This document shows positions 1 to 12,216 of a stretch of 64,000 bases of DNA, in pieces. How positions within the stretch are numbered: position 1 is the stretch's first letter; each line of letters starts with the position of its first letter. The position numbers and the translations under genes were made by a program. The notes beneath the pieces were generated by a model. That model saw nothing but the letters and a program-made list of their open reading frames with translations. It ran no database searches and was not told where the DNA came from. This DNA comes from Octopus vulgaris (Eukaryota), in the NCBI GenBank assembly GCA_951406725.2, contig OX597821.1, positions 60,884,001 through 60,948,000 on the forward strand, read 5' to 3'.

Positions 1-950
1 ATCATAGCAGTATTCCATCGTCCTTGGTATCTTCTTTCCATAGTTGCGACGTCCTGATGAAATCTCTCACCATGATCCTCACTTCACGGCGTTTCCAGTA
101 CACAGATGTCTTGCAGTCTTCCCCCAGTAGATTCCATTCCTTCAAACTTCATGAAAGTTCAGCTCCTGACTTAGTAAGACCTAGATCCCTGATTAAATCA
201 TCTAGCTCACTCTGATTTGGAAAGTGTGGCTTTGAAGTCGTTCATGGTACGAAAGCTTCCTCCATTTCTTGGCTTCTGCTACTTGTTGACTCTTCAGATG
301 AAATATTTTCTGGTGGTAGTAGTACTCGTAAACTGTCAGGTTTCCTAGATGATGGTAATTCTGGATACTGAAGAGCTTGTCTTCTTTTCACTTTTCTGTA
401 CTTTGTCACATCGATCATACAAAAGTAACAGTCATCGTGATGGTTCTTTGGCTCTCTCCATACCCTTGGAATGGCAAAAGGCATTGACCTTCCTGTACCT
501 CTTAACCATCATTCTAGAGTAGACTGACAGCTTCCACATATCACATGTGGGAGCCCATGATTTGTCCTGGTCATCCATGGGCATTCCGAAATAGTCTGTA
601 CGCTATCCACAATTTAGCACCCTTCACGACCTTATGTAATACCTGCTATTTTCCAATATAATAACCACACACATAGCATAATGTATCTGGAGAATTTTTA
701 CATACTCTAGTAGCCATCCTGAAAGTAGCACAACTTAGTAATTGGTCTGAAAGAGAAAATTAGGCATACATTTAATAGCGGAACATTATAACAATACCGA
801 ATATATAATAACATTGAAAGTCAACATATTTTTTTAACTGTTGATGATACACAAAAAATAATTTCATTTTTGGAATCAGCAGAAAAAATGGATTGATAAA
901 CAATAAAAAAGTACAATAAACAAATTTGTTTTGAAAATTGTTACGTTGTG
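1..950 (-). mobile_element. Chapaev3-like (CMC superfamily) DNA transposon, decayed and internally deleted; runs off the window start
   Basis: Minus strand from ATG at 717: MATRVCKNSPDTLCYVCG...DQDKSWAPH...MPFAIPRVWREPKNHHDDCYFC...NQSELDDLIRDLGLTKSGAEL..LKEWNLL, then directly SEDHGERFHQDVATMERRYQGRW. Stops and frameshifts present. Probable terminus CACAACGTAACAATTTTC near 950. Family assignment from recalled motifs. Confidence 0.7.
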
Positions 951-1340
951 TTATTCACAAACTGCAGTGTTGGAGATTTTGTTCAAACTTAGAAATTAGC
1001 CGCTTTTTTATAGGAATAATTCAAATAATTCGAGCAAAAAGACATACGTATATAGGTGCATATACACAAAACAGATAAATTGATCACGTTTGTCTTTCAG
1101 CATAAATTCATCGCTTATATGAAAACTGAATTATAGTGACTGGCTTTCAACCTGTTGACTTTGATATAAAGATGTTTGACTTCATTTGGGAATAGAAGAC
1201 ATGTAAATTAAACACCCTGTGAGCACTTCTCTTACCATGTGATCGACACTACTGTTCTTGAATATATACATGCTTTAGGAGAATCAATGTATTCTGAAAG
1301 CATTGTTGATTGTGTTGATTACAGTTGTCTTACTAGTAAA

Positions 1341-1664
1341 TATTTTTGTTTTTTTACGCCCTTTTCAAGCCTAGCCAGGCTCATGGGCCCGGTTTCCCGG
1401 TTTCTGTGGCGAATGTGTCCCCACCCCCAGCGGGACGGGACGTCAGTCCATCGCAGCGTTACTCAAGAAACAGGAAGTGAGAGAGAGAGTGAGAGAAAGT
1501 TGTGGCGAAAGAGTACAACAGGGGTCGCCCCCAGCCTTCGGGAGACTCGTGGAGCTTTTAGGTGCTTTCGCTCAATAAAGACAGATAACGCCCGGTCTGG
1601 GAATGGAAACCGCAATCCTCCGACCGCGAGTCTGCTGCCCTAACCACTGGGCCATTGCGCCTCC
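1341..1664 (-). mobile_element. tRNA-derived SINE, family S2 (resembles octopus OR-type), tail type 1
   Basis: Head GGAGGCGCAATGGCCCAGTGGTTAGG (A box) and GGTTTCCATTCC (B-box-like); homologous to 19228-19532; AGTAAA at 1335-1340 and 1665-1670 as probable TSD. Confidence 0.85.
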
Positions 1665-2354
1665 AGTAAACGTTTCAGTGCATCCGAAATACGAGAGAAA
1701 TGTAAGAACGAACGAGGAAACTGGTGAATGCTGTCATGAAGTTAGAACGTCATCCTCTGACTTCTGCACGTTCACCATCGTGATAATAGCAAGAACATTC
1801 ATCATTAGTTTATTCATTAATTATCACTTTAACCGATTCACAATATTTAATTATTCATATTTGATTTTGCAGTTTCAACTGTTCACATGCATTCCGGAGA
1901 ACGCCCAGTAATAATATAACGGTTAGAAGGACAGTCAAGGATAACACCAGACCGGTGAAACAGACGCAATTATAACTTTCTTTTTGCCAGATTAATAACA
2001 GCAATAATACTACCATATCCAATTGTGTAGCAGCAAATATAATACTGTAAAATAACATTCTAACAAAAGAAAAGATGACTGTAACTAGTTTAAGTATAGA
2101 AAATTTAAGAATGTAATTATTTTAAAAGAAGCAATGATATTATTATAACCATTTTAAGAGAGGAAGTCAAAAATTGTATGTAACTAGTTTAACTAAGGTG
2201 TAATAATGTTTTGAATAAAGTAGAATTAATAACTATGTGAATCTTATTAAATAAAATACAAAATCACTGCATCATTTCTTGTTTCTTTCGTGTTATTTGT
2301 TATTTGTGTTATGATTGTTATTGACTTCTTAAAGTAATTTAACTATGAATAGGA

Positions 2355-2516
2355 GGCACAGGAGTGGCTGTGTGGTAAGTAGCTTGCTTACCAACCACAC
2401 GGTTCTGGGTTCAGTCCCACTGCGTGGCACCTTGGGCAAGTGTCTTCTACTATAGCCTCGGGCCGACCAAAGCCTTGTGAGTGGATTTGGTAGACGGAAA
2501 CTGAAAGAAGCCTGTC

Positions 2517-2572
<56 letters not shown>

Positions 2573-2793
2573 TTATGTGTGTGTGTGTGTGTTTATCCCT
2601 CCCCCCAATATCACTTGACAACCGATGCTGGTGTGTTTACGTCTCCGTAACTTAGCGGTTCGGGAAAATAGACCGATGGAATAAGTACTAGGCTTACAAA
2701 GAATAAGTTCTGGGCCGATTTGCTCGACTAAAGGCGGTGCTCCAGCATGGCCGCAGTCAAATGACTGAAACAAGTAAAAGCGTAAAAGAGAAT
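2355..2793 (+). mobile_element. tRNA-derived SINE, family S1 (CORE-like segment, internal TA/TG microsatellite)
   Basis: Head GGCACAGGAGTGGCTGTGTGGTAAG...GGTTCAGTCCC, CCTTGGGCAAGTG, tail CAGTCAAATGACTGAAACAAGTAAAAG; six further near-full copies in the window. Confidence 0.9.
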
Positions 2794-2829
2794 AGAATAG
2801 ACTACATTGTTTTCAGATTTCATTTATTC

Positions 2830-3252
2830 TTTTATTCTTTTACTTTTTTCCGTCATTTGACTGCAGCTATGCTGGAGTAGCGCCTTTTCAGTCGAGCAGA
2901 TCGATCCCAGCACTTATTCTTTGTAAGCCTAGTACTTATTCTATCGGTTCTCTTTTGCCGAACCGCTGGTTACGGGGACGTAAACATACCAGCATCGGTT
3001 GTCAAGCGATGTTGGAGGGGGGAACATACAGAGACACACAGACATATGCACACACACACACACACACACACATACACATATATATATATATATACGACGG
3101 ACTTCTTTCAGTTTCCGTCTACCAAATCCACTGACAAGGCTTTCGTCGGCCCCAGGTTATAGAAGAAGACACTCGCCCAAGGTGCCACGCAGTGGGACTG
3201 AATCCGGAACCATGTGGTTGGTAAGAAAGTTTCTTGCCACACAGTCACTCCT
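2830..3252 (-). mobile_element. SINE family S1, tail-to-tail with the previous copy
   Basis: Reverse complement of S1; 12-bp TSD TTTCATTTATTC at 2818-2829 and 3258-3269. Confidence 0.9.
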
Positions 3253-3378
3253 AATTTTTTCATTTATTCAGAATCTTCTTCTTTCTCTTTCAATGTGTAT
3301 ATATTTACTCTTTTACTAGTTTCAGCTTCAGAGCTGTAGCAATGCTGGGTTACTGCTAGATTGATATATGTATATGTA

Positions 3379-3435
<57 letters not shown>

Positions 3436-3438
<3 letters not shown>

Positions 3439-4168
3439 CTTAGATAAACTTAGATATGTTTCGACCAAAGATTGGTCCAGGCCATGTCTAACTTGATAGA
3501 CCACCTGATAGGATTATTTGAATCCTGTTTAAGTCAAGTTTTGTTTATGGTCCATTCAAGTAGTGAGTTTTTGTTGGGTGAGTTGTATCCAATTATGGGT
3601 GGCTTATCTGGTATTCTTTGAAGGAATCTATCCAGACTCCGTTTAAAGTTGATGGGATCCTTTTCCTCTTTGATCTCTTTTGGGACAATGTTAAATAGGG
3701 CAGGGCCTGTTGAGGAAAAGAAATTATGTTGCAGTGTACATGTATGCTGTGATCTTGAATTGGGCAGGGGACGTATGGCCCGTGGTCTCAGTCTTGGATG
3801 AACCTTGAAGCTAATGTTCAGGTCGTTTGGGCAAAGTTGGCGGTATATTCTCCACATCGTACAAATGATGTACCGCTCATGGCGACACTGGAGAGAGTAG
3901 AGTTTCAAGGCTTTAAGGCGATCCCAATAATCGAGAGCAGCCATTCCTTCAATTCGTTTAGTGAGTGCCCTCTGGGGTGATTCAATCCTCGAGATGTTTT
4001 GTCTTGTATGGGGAGACCACAGTGGGCAGCAGTATTCGAGGTGTGGCCGTACAAAGGAGGAGAAAAGTGGTATGTTGACGCCTTGTTCTCTGGACCGGAA
4101 AGTTCTTAAGATCCAGGAACTCATCCTACGAGCTATATCGACCTTCTTGTTGATGTGTGCACTCCAAC

Positions 4169-4170
<2 letters not shown>
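3436..4170 (-). mobile_element. 5'-truncated CR1-type LINE (ORF2 C-terminus + 3' UTR)
   Basis: ORF 3534-4124 has FVRPHLEYCCPLWSPH...QRALTKRIEG...YWDRLKALKLYSL, the post-RT region of CR1-group LINEs; 3' end is a short tandem repeat (ATCTAAGTT x2). Confidence 0.85.

Positions 4171-4257
<87 letters not shown>
4170..4257. repeat. (ATT)n microsatellite
   Basis: Pure trinucleotide run; a second one at about 5093-5158. Confidence 0.98.
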
Positions 4258-4266
4258 GTCCATTTA

Positions 4267-4490
4267 AAGGCGGCGACTTAGGAGAATCGTTAGCTTGCTG
4301 GACAAAATACTTGGCGGTATTTCGGCTGTTGATACGTTCCGAGCTCAAATTCCTCCGAGTTTGACTTTGCCTTTCATCTTTTCGGGATTGATAAAATAAG
4401 TACCAGTTGAACACTGTGATCGATGTAATCGACTCGTCCCCACCTCCCCCAAGCTGCTCTTGTGGCAAAAATTTGAAATGACTATTATTG
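4267..4490 (+). mobile_element. SINE family S3 (MetaSINE-like), diverged, tail A
   Basis: AAGGCGGCGA head; GACTTTGCCTTTCATCTTTTCGGGATTGATAAAATAAGTACCAG central domain; tail CTTGTGGCAAAAATTTGAAA. Confidence 0.8.
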
Positions 4491-4749
4491 TTCATTTAAG
4501 ACGGATTTATATTTATCTATAGAATTCTTTTCTCTGACTTTTCTCTCGATTTTACTTGAGTTGTGTAGTTTGTAGAACTGGTATATTATAAACATTTTCC
4601 GATCACATGTTGCTAGATGGTTGCTTAATGAGATTTGAAGACGCTAATTTGTTGTCGGTGAACTCATGAACGTGCCGCCGACAATGCATTGGCCAACGTA
4701 TATTTCTTCACAATTCGGGCATTTGAAGCAGTAAATTATATTTCCCCAA

Positions 4750-4795
4750 GATACCTGATGAAGGCTGGAGGTTACACCAGCCGAAACGTTGTGTT
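4750..4795 (+). ncRNA. Minimal type I hammerhead ribozyme motif in a PLE-type terminal fragment
   Basis: GATAC-CTGATGA-A-GGCTGG(aggttaca)CCAGCC-GAAAC-GTT-GTGTT; 6-bp stem II, loopless palindromic stem III (AACGTT), weak stem I with G-U pairs. Confidence 0.7.
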
Positions 4796-4998
4796 AACAA
4801 CAAACAAGAGGAGGACAAATATCCGTCAAATGTAAATAATATAAATAATGCACATAATACCCCATCTCTTAAATATAGAACTGGAATAATGTACATTTTT
4901 GCTTGTATAAACAAATAGGTCACCCACTTGAATAGGTCACCAATATAGATCAAACCACAGCAATACTGGACATCTTGTCGTCCCTTCTCTCTATGAAT

Positions 4999-5070
4999 TT
5001 ACATGCTTTCCAAATGTTCTGGTACAGTAAGCTCGAATTTCCCCTGTCTTCCCTCTGGTCTTCTAATGCA
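4999..5070 (-). other. Candidate host-gene exon
   Basis: Acceptor aatttatttcag, then non-repetitive sequence open in two frames: CIRRPEGRQGKFELTVPEHLESM* or ALEDQRE...SSIAVV* (to 4950). Possible donor GTAAAT near 5002. No recognised homology. Confidence 0.3.
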
Positions 5071-5091
5071 CTGAAATAAATTATATTACAT

Positions 5092-5155
<64 letters not shown>

Positions 5156-8100
5156 CATCCATAAAATGTATCTCTTACCAAATATTAGGAATCTATATTT
5201 TATTAAAAGCAGGTTTATTTGAAGGAAATAATGGCGTTTATAGTCGGTTAGTGTCATTCCCTTGTCTCTTTTAGTATGCGTTTGTGTAACTTGCATATAG
5301 TGATCTTAATGTTATTTGTTCTGCCATATTCATATCTGTGATGCTTGTTGAGTTCATAAATATGTGTAATGTTTGTGGAGTTGTGTATGATAATTGAAAC
5401 ATCATTTTCGCTTGTTTGACTTCTGAATTTGACAAGGAAGCACGCGTGAAGCCTAGTTTTATATGAAAGATAAAAGTGGTTAGAAAACTAGAGAAATATT
5501 ATTCTGTAATGGTTCATGAGGTGATATGCAAGAATGAATAACGGCTGATAACAATGTTTTTCGTAACATGTAGATTTGTTGAAAAGGTTTTGTGTTCACA
5601 ATATGGTTTGGTATAATCTTTTACAGGATAAATAATGAAATGAATCATCATTATTCCACGCGCTTTTCAATTGGATACCCCCACCATAACACTTAATTGC
5701 GGAATAACTAAAATAACTAACAAATTATAAAATAACACGAAAATTATATAATTGGTTTAACAAGGATTGATTTTACTCGTAAAAATGGAGGAATTTAAAA
5801 CAAATGTATGGATTCGTAGTTTATATTATATAACAAATTCAAAAAATATATGTTAATTAGTTTACATTTTATTTTACTGCCATTTTTATGCAGTAAAAGT
5901 TTTTGCTAAAATCCTAAATAGCAAACTTAATCTATTGACCTGATAACTATTTGCCATGCAGTTCCGCAATTTTCCTAAATGAAAAGAAAAATTTGTAATT
6001 CATGATGTAAAACTTCGAAGCTATCATCATCGCAATTGTCAGCAACTGCCTCAGTTCATACTTAGTAATTCGAACAGGCTGTTCACATATGGATGATCAC
6101 ACTGCATGATATGTTTCTAGTTCAGAGAGGAGAAATTGGAAGGTTGATTAACAATTCAATTTATTCAACCAGGGTCTGTGATGATTATACATCTTTCAAG
6201 TGATGTATTAAAAATACATATATCGGCTACCTGATAGATTTCTAATTCAAAGTGACACTTAAAACAGAATTCTGATATCATATTCTAGAATATAACATTA
6301 CATCAGGAATAAAAATCTAAATATTAGTAATAGCTCGTAATGCTGAATAACTTAAGCATTTTATGAGTTATAACTGGCCGAAGTTAAAATAATTACCCCA
6401 TTTAATTCCTTTGATGCACTGCCAAATTAAAACCAAATTCTTTTTGTTTTCTTTAAATATGCGATCCAAAATATGTTACAGCGTTAATTCCATTACCATG
6501 CATTAAATGTCGGAATTTACGTCTACATTCCGTATGAAATCTTTTTTTTTTGTAAATGATGCCACTACTTCTAATAACATATAAATGTGCATTGGTTAAA
6601 CAGAATCACAATCATCTAGTTTCTATAGAAGAAAACGAAAAATATATATCCTCATACATACATGGAAAACAGAAGGTATAAACAGGTGTAAGCTTTTTCT
6701 GGATGAAAACAAACTCTGTGAATCTCAAGTAGTCGTTTTACAGCTCACATATATTATGGTATACACTTTCCATACTGGATGCAAACTAACATACCGACAT
6801 CTTAATCATGTCTGTGTTCATAATCATTCCCCAAACAACGGCTCTCTATCAAGATTTCTAACAATTATAAACCTCGTGGATCATTACTTTTCTGAAGATC
6901 TTGCCTTTATAGAATTTGTATTTAAATAATGTTCATAAGATTAATGTTCATGGTTAGTATGGTTCATGGTTAGTAATGTTCATGGTTACCTGTTTTCACA
7001 ATAGTGATTCACTTAGGGAGTATACTTCACAATTTCTCTTTAGTTCTTCTAGTATGTCTGATTCTTTTAATGTAATTCATTGAAATACCTATCAATATTT
7101 CGGCATTATTATCATTATAAGTTCACAGTGTACGAGGTCTTAAACATGATGGACCATTTAATCTTTAAACTAACGTATTAATCTTGTACTTTCCGGTGTT
7201 GTTGACGTTTATAGATTTCATTTTAGTCGAGGTTGTTTTCTTGGTTTTCCGTATTATTGGTTTAATTGATTTTGTTGGGGCAAAACCTACATTATTTGTT
7301 TCGGTTAGAATTGGTGTAGCATTTATTGTTCCATGCTGGCATGGGCTGGATAGTCTGACTGAGGGCTGGTGAGGTAGAAGGCTGCACCAGGCTCCCGTTG
7401 AACATGCTATATATCCTTGGAATTAAGGTCGTTTACAGAGACTGTTAATAACGGGAGTTTGTTACAGTCATGAGATTTTGGCATCTACATTGCGGGAACA
7501 GAAAAATGACTGAAATGGGAAATATTTTTTTCAATGTGACACGAAAATATTTAATACATTCGGGTTATAATTTTATATTATTAGGATTTGTGAGTTTGCC
7601 ATTAAAAACTTAAACTTAGACATAAATATTTCTCTTGTGAATCGGTTGATACATGAGTAGAAGAATTTAAAGTGGAGTTTCATGAAAATTTATTATTTTT
7701 ACGTTTTGCAACAGTCTTATGATGTCGTTGATTCTTGTGAAAAAGAGAAGATATTGATTTTGTTGGTAAATGTTATAGGAAGAGATTTCTACAGTGGTGT
7801 GAACAGTAGTCGCATTCCTTTCAACATCTGTAGAATAATGATAACTAGACCAGGTATAATTCATATGTTAGTAATTATATAATGCTTGTTTTTATCTACA
7901 CAACAAATGTGCTATAGCTCTGACCTGCCGCAAACAGTTAACAGGGGGATCAATACCATTCTTATAGTTTGTACTTCAATATCTCTCTGCAGAACGACCA
8001 TTAAGAAAGCAAATTATGTTTAGTGTCTCACATTTTTTGCTTTAAAAGCGAATGTTTCCTTTCTTTGTTAAAGGGGCTTAGAGTAAACTGTTCGAACCCT

Positions 8101-8773
8101 ATCTACAATAACTATTTTCAAATAAGATGTATCTGCTATTAGTGCCGCTGCAGATTAATCCAGCAATGTATCCGTTATTTTCCATTCATATCACCCCCTC
8201 TTTTTCTGTTTCTCTCTCTCTTTATCATACACACACACTTGGCAAATGTAAACTTTCTCTAGCTTTTCAACCCGATAACATATCCAGCAATGATGGCGCC
8301 CCTTCAAAGTCTTTAAAGTGTGCAATCCTGAACTTCGCCAAATTTCAGAAGATTTCTTACAGTGACAGCTTATATGACATTTTGAAAACTGCGTCTAAAA
8401 GATAAAGCCAGAAAATACTTCAGCTCTTATCGGTTCTATTTCGAAATTATCAGTTTTAGTTCGAATATTATTATACACGGCAATCTAATCAGCAAAAAAT
8501 ATTTTAAACCGACTCATGTTTCTTCCCTTGGCCTTTGTTTTTTAAACCACGAATACAGTAACATTTGCGTTACTGGATTCTTGATATAGATTCATCTGAG
8601 AGCAATCCTTTTTTCTCATCATTTAGAATGTCTCTCACACACATACTGTAAGCATCGCACTAAACAATATCCCAGTAAAATATAATGTGCCTTGAATGGC
8701 ACAACAATGCACTGTAATAACAACAATGGACTATAATAACTGCTATAATTTAATTATCCACAGTCTGATATAA

Positions 8774-8812
8774 TATTAATATTTCGGAATACAATAATTC
8801 CTTCTTCAGATC
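8774..8812 (-). ncRNA. Minimal HHR motif in the inverted pLTR (decayed counterpart at 10905-10946 +)
   Basis: CTGAAGA-A-GGAAT(tattgt)ATTCC-GAAAT-ATT with palindromic AATATT stem III; the 3' pLTR copy reads CTGAAGGA-GGAA..TTCC-TAAATATC. Stem I poor. Confidence 0.6.
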
Positions 8813-9130
8813 TAGGAATTGTTCGAGTCACTACTATAATCGGTTTTCCAACAGTTACTGAATTGTTTTCCGGAAGCGTCTCTGCAGTGGTCTCACGAAG
8901 CTCCTTCCGGAATTCCTCTTAAGGAAGGAATCGAAAACAATTGACACCAAACTTAACCAAAGCACAACATTAAACATTGACAAAACTAAAATAAAAACCT
9001 TATCTACTTACCATCAGATAAAAGGAAAGAAATCTGCGCGATTTATTGTGAAATTTACGACAGACTGGTACTGAACATTCAAGCAATGTCGGACTATATT
9101 CTGAAGTGACAAATACAACAGCGACCAGGA

Positions 9131-10631
9131 TTGAGAACCGAATTAACACCCCATGGACTAACATTTGTAGACGGAGACAACTACATAGCAAATACAAGAA
9201 CAACATTAAAAAGAACAGTATATTATCCAGATTCTATAACCTCGTTAAAACATACAAGGATTAGACCCTTCGTCTCCAGTGTGGAAGAACCTCTATATAA
9301 GATATCCTGGCCACTTTCTCACATCCTGAAACCCATACTCTCCACCTTTTCTAGTCACATCAAGAACTACGACGAAGTGAACAAAAGACTGCACCAACTG
9401 CCCCTAGACCAACTCAGGCAAAACAGATACGCCTTTAGTCTTGACGCTGTCTCAATATACACAACGGTACAAGTACACCCGGTAGTCAGTCTATTGACTG
9501 ACTGCATAGTAGCGTCCGGCTTCCACTGCTTCGGACTCGCCGCAGCTAATATACATCAACTATTGTTCATCATCATGGACAACACCTACTTCTCTTTCCA
9601 TGATCACATATAAAAACACCAACAGGCCTCCCAATGGGATCCCGTCTCTCGGGGCTACTAGTCTTCACCTATATGAGCCATCTGGAACGTCGAGCACTCA
9701 ACCTCTGCCGTTCATGTGCCTTCTTCACCAGGTATGTAGATGACATCCTCATACTCATATCCTCCCGTGAAGAGGCAGACAGAATACTCATGAAGTTCAA
9801 CAACATGGACATGAAAATACGGTTTCCTACAGAACATCCCGACTACACTGGATCCCTATCGCTACTCAACTTCCAACTGAAAATAACAGAAGAAGGTGAG
9901 ATCCACACCGAGTTCTACAGGAAAGCAGCCAGTACGGTTCATCCCTTCCTGTAGGTGCCAAAATAGGATACGCCAGAAATGAACTTGCATGCATCCAGAG
10001 CAAGTGCAGCAGAACAGAGGACAAGGTGACCTACACTACATGCTTCATAGAGATATGGAAAACCAACAGGTACCCTATATCCATTGTAAATCGGCTTAAG
10101 TACCCAAGACGACAAACACGCCGAACACACAGAAAACCCAGCAACCCATGCTTCCTTAAAATACCTCATTTTAGCGAGAGGATAACTACAGCCATCAAAA
10201 GCGCAATAAGAAGAGAAGGACTAGACATACAACTAGCCCACTCTGGCCCCTCTCTGAGAAGACACCTACCAAAGAAAGGAGCAAGGGTCATCAATCAATG
10301 CACTCTATCTAATTGACCCATTTGTGACACAGATTTATGCCAACGGATAAATGTTGTGTATAGAATACAATGTAACAAATGCAATAAGTTCTATGTGGGT
10401 AGTACAATAAGACTGTTACACATTCGCATCGCAGAACATCTGAACACGAGAGCCTCCTCCTTCAGAAAACATCTAGACAGATGCCGGAACACCGACGGAA
10501 GTATAATAGTCACAACTGAGGTCAATGAAAGAAATTTGGGTAATCTAAGAATTAAGGAAGCTATCCTCACAGACAGACTAGGACCCCAAATTAACAACAG
10601 GCTGGAGGTTGGTAACCAATATATTATTTAG
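9131..10631 (+). pseudogene. PLE reverse transcriptase + zinc knuckle + GIY-YIG endonuclease, frameshifted
   Basis: Motifs IRPFVS, FSLDAVSIYT, GLPMGSRLSG, RYVDDIL, LSLLN, FYRK; then CTLSN(TGA)PIC...LC, VYRIQCNKC..FYVGST..L.IRIAEH..HL..C, IKEAIL...PQIN. Confidence 0.9.
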
Positions 10632-10725
10632 CTACATTTGGATGCGTGTAGATTCATTTTTGATAACGTGCTCATGTATTATTAAAAGAAAAAAGAAAGA
10701 GGGAAAAAACAGAAGCTGTACGTAT

Positions 10726-10805
10726 AATACATATCTTAGAAGAAGCGCTGCGGGTGTGCGAACAATCTTGAGACGTGTCCGCTCACGCACTTCTCATGAT
10801 GTATT
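10726..10805 (+). promoter_or_regulatory. Long 3' UTR hairpin with type II SECIS-like shape (core degenerate)
   Basis: AATACAT/ATGTATT and AGAAG/CTTCT lower helix, GCGGGTGTG/CGTGTCCGC upper helix, unpaired AACAA, mini-stem TCT/AGA. Core reads GCGC / TCA rather than RTGA / TGA. Confidence 0.4.
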
Positions 10806-12187
10806 CCGGAAGGAGCTTCGTGAGACCACTGCAGAGACGCTTCGGGAAAAAATTTCAGTAACCTTTGGAAAACCGATTATAGTAGTGACTCGAACAATTC
10901 TTAGCGATATCTGAAGGAGGAAATTTTGTATTCCTAAATATCATTATTACATCAGACTGTGGATAATTACATTATAACAGTTATTATAGTCCATTGTTGT
11001 GACATTCAAGACACATATATTTTACAAAAAATGCACAATGCTTCAAGCGAACTACAATACTCTCCAATATACCAGTAGTTTCTCCAGAGAACAAATTACA
11101 ACTATCTGTAATTCTCTTCTTACCTACATCTTTTACAAGTATCGTCGCACAAAATTTCAAAATAGAAGACCGCAGTGTTGACCACACCATCATGAAGGAC
11201 ATCTAAAAGTTATGCTTCTTCTCTCCTTCAAAGTAAATATTTAATAGAATCTACGAAATCGTAATTTAAATCGTCATTCTAAAGTAGAATAAGTAGATAA
11301 GATGAAATAATATTTATTTCGTTTTAACTATATCTTGACGGAAATATAAGATATTGCTTTGTAAATTTATTTTAGAAGCAAATATCAACTATGATTGATG
11401 AGAGAATGGTTGACCGGAGCTGAAAACCTACTATATTGTTCAACATAAAAGAAAGTCTTCCACACTAAACAAACCCACCTCCAGTTAATTCCGTGATTGA
11501 CGAAGTAAGTCAACCAGAAAATAATGAAGAAAAATGCTTAAGATCAATTAGAGATCGCACTTATTTATCAATAAAATAATAGCGTCCATCTTTATTTTTG
11601 TTGCCGTAAGATCTGGTGATGTTGGAGATACATGTGTTAAGAAAATGGTTACAGCGACCATTTTAGCGTATTCGTTGCTTTTTAATACATCCAGTACCAT
11701 GATAATCTGGGAAATCTTTTTCAGTAGGGGTCTAGAAGGATGTTCTTGTCGATTGAAATAATTTATGTTCGCATTCAGCCATGCTAGAGGAAATGACACT
11801 ATGCACCTATGTCCAAAAAACATAATAGCTTAAATAAAAAAACAAAACAAACTAAAATAACTCATATTACAGTTATAATTACTTCAGTAAATGAACAGAA
11901 ATCGTTGCTGCTTTTGTATTTGTTGTTGTTTCGGATAAAGCTAGACTTGGGAATGAAAATCTGATGTGCTCTTCATTTTACATTTTTAGAGCATACTTGT
12001 TTATATAATCTAATGTTTCGTCCCATTAAGTTTACGTTTGTAGGGTTTGATATAACGGAAAACTTCGGTTATTTCAAGCAGCTGTTCTCAGAACCTTTAG
12101 AGAGCCCCCCTAGTAAATTATCATATAGTCAAAGTCGGCGATATGGCTTGAAGCGGGCCTTGTTCAGTATGTGGTATTGATAATGCA

Positions 12188-12216
12188 CAACAGTGACGAA
12201 ACATCGATGTCTGTTG
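12188..12216 (+). ncRNA. HHR relic lacking stem II
   Basis: CAACA-GTGAC-GAAAC-ATCGAT-GTC-TGTTG: 5-bp stem I, palindromic stem III and GUC intact; core collapsed. Confidence 0.45.

Larger units (their letters stand above)
8675..11025 (+). mobile_element. Penelope-like retroelement (probably Naiad-type), decayed, with inverted pLTRs
   Basis: RT and GIY-YIG remnants flanked by an inverted repeat, 8675-8913 vs 10803-11025, that carries an HHR motif; an inverted 5' pLTR is a typical PLE structure. Confidence 0.9.

Noticed and set aside
1600-1664. tRNA-like sequences (also 2355, 19228, 21785)
   Set aside because: SINE heads with A/B boxes followed by SINE bodies; no complete cloverleaf.
11548-11823. 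91-aa non-repetitive ORF
   Set aside because: No recognisable motif or convincing splice boundaries.
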